The position numbers and the translations under genes are program-made. 9,261 nucleotides of DNA from contig JBHGNT010001376.1 of NCBI GenBank assembly GCA_043228905.1, positions 1 through 9,261 on the forward strand, in the 5' to 3' direction. The stretch's first letter is position 1. Every line of letters begins with the position of its first letter. Under the pieces are notes generated by a model, which searched no databases, was not told the DNA's origin, and saw only the letters and a list, made by a program, of their open reading frames with translations. Origin of the DNA: Azolla caroliniana. Lineage: Eukaryota > Plantae > Polypodiophyta. This document shows positions 8,301 to 9,261 of this stretch, one piece after another.

Positions 8301-9261
8301 AGTCGAAGACTTCGCTCTTCCTCTCAATGAGGTAGATCCACGTGTGCCGCATGTAGTCGTCGATGAAGGAGACGAAATATCGGCTCCCGCCAAGACTAAC
8401 GTTTTGTGCCGGCCCGCACACATCGGAGTGTATCAAGTCGAGTTTGTTCCGGCTCCGATTACGCTCGTTGGGGAAGGGAAGTCGGTGTTGCTTCCCAAGC
8501 TGGCAGGCTTCACAAATTTATGCCTTCCGGCCCCTAAATTTGGGCAAACCAAACACCACATGTTTCGATTGCAGGTCCTGAAGCCGTTTATAGTTGACGT
8601 GGCCTATCTGCTTGTGCCATAAGTCGATGTCCGACTCGACTTTTTGTCCTTTCGTGAACATTGCGGTGCCACCGTCACTAGAGTCGAGGATAAACATCCT
8701 CCCGTCTTTGCGCCCTTGCGCAATAACTCGGCCTTCTTCCTCAATGAAGCATCTGAGGTGTGTAAACCAAACCTGCATCCCATGGTCGATGATCTGCCCA
8801 ACCGACACCAGATTCTTCGTGATTGTCGGGACGTGTAACACGTTCATAAATTTCCCTTTCTGCCCGACATGGCTCAAGGGAATGTCACCGACATTCGCGA
8901 TTGGATGCGGAGTGTCATCCCCGGTTGCAACTACTCCTGGTTGCATCGGTTTCTCAAGGTATGAGAACCACTCCTCGTGGCACGTCATGCGGTTTGACGC
9001 GCTGGAGTCGACATACCACACCTCCTCCAACTTCGGGGTGATCTTCTTCATTGAGTTTGCTTCGTGTCTCGTCACGAAGACTAACCCGTTTCCGGCTTCT
9101 TCGGATCCTTCGGCATAGTGTGATTGTTGCCGATTTCCTTTGTTCCGGACCCGGTTCTCTCCGAATCGGTGAGTTTTTTCTAGCACTTGCTTTGCCTGTG
9201 GCCTTTCTTGCCACAATACCAACATTCCGTGGCGGATTTCCCTTGCCGGTTCTCGTCGCCT
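5298..9261 (-). mobile_element. Element B internal region: Ty1/copia, a different family from element A, 5' part beyond the right edge
   Basis: Domain order knuckle-PR-INT-RT-RNase H-PPT. Equivalent motifs differ clearly from element A (IHSDVCGP vs VHTDVCQV; KGYAQKHGIDYDETFAPVAK vs KGFQQKKGVDFDEIFAPVVK). Confidence 0.93.

Larger units (their letters stand above)
5292..9261 (-). pseudogene. gag-pol: Gag-Pol pseudogene of element B (multiple stops, frameshifts and an RT deletion)
   Basis: Knuckle CWYCGKKGHRQSKC at 9183-9224. Protease WYVDSSASNRMT. Integrase LWHKQIGH...CEAC, IHSDV, LRSDGGKE, VERKNR. RT ARLVAKGY, SLYGLK*APRAW and YVDD (6759-6770). RNase H GYTDVDW, STEAEY, YCDN, KHIEVHYHFVRE, DIFTKPL. 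Stops at 9180, 8518, 8020, 7766, 7382, 6965, about 6895 and 6483. Confidence 0.93.

Noticed and set aside
1-9261. CRISPR array, prokaryotic defence system or host gene
   Set aside because: No repeat-spacer periodicity or operon structure is visible, and LTR-retrotransposon parts account for essentially the whole window.

Overview
The whole window is nested, decayed LTR-retrotransposon DNA from a plant nuclear genome. A non-seed plant such as a fern, lycophyte or bryophyte is my inference from the element types, not something proven. No host gene, RNA gene or CRISPR array is present. All three elements lie on the minus strand. Element B (5298-9261, cut by the right edge) is a Ty1/copia internal region running from the Gag zinc knuckle to RNase H, with a ~170-codon charged extension and a PPT. 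It runs into one 715-bp LTR (4583-5297, TG...CA). That LTR is followed directly by the tRNA-iMet PBS and gag-pol of a different, Tnt1/Tork-like copia, element A (1519-4582). Element A's RT is cut inside the Y codon of YVDD by element C (1-1518), which has a 261-bp LTR, a tRNA-Trp PBS and a gag-like pseudogene, and is probably Ty3/gypsy. The most unusual signals are the single LTR shared by two different copia bodies, an antisense integrase SH3-like ORF inside that LTR, a U5:gag-AUG inverted repeat enclosing the PBS, a palindrome cluster around the LTR TATA box, and a duplicated PPT bracketing the open extension after RNase H. None of these is yet a demonstrated new system. All counts were made by hand.
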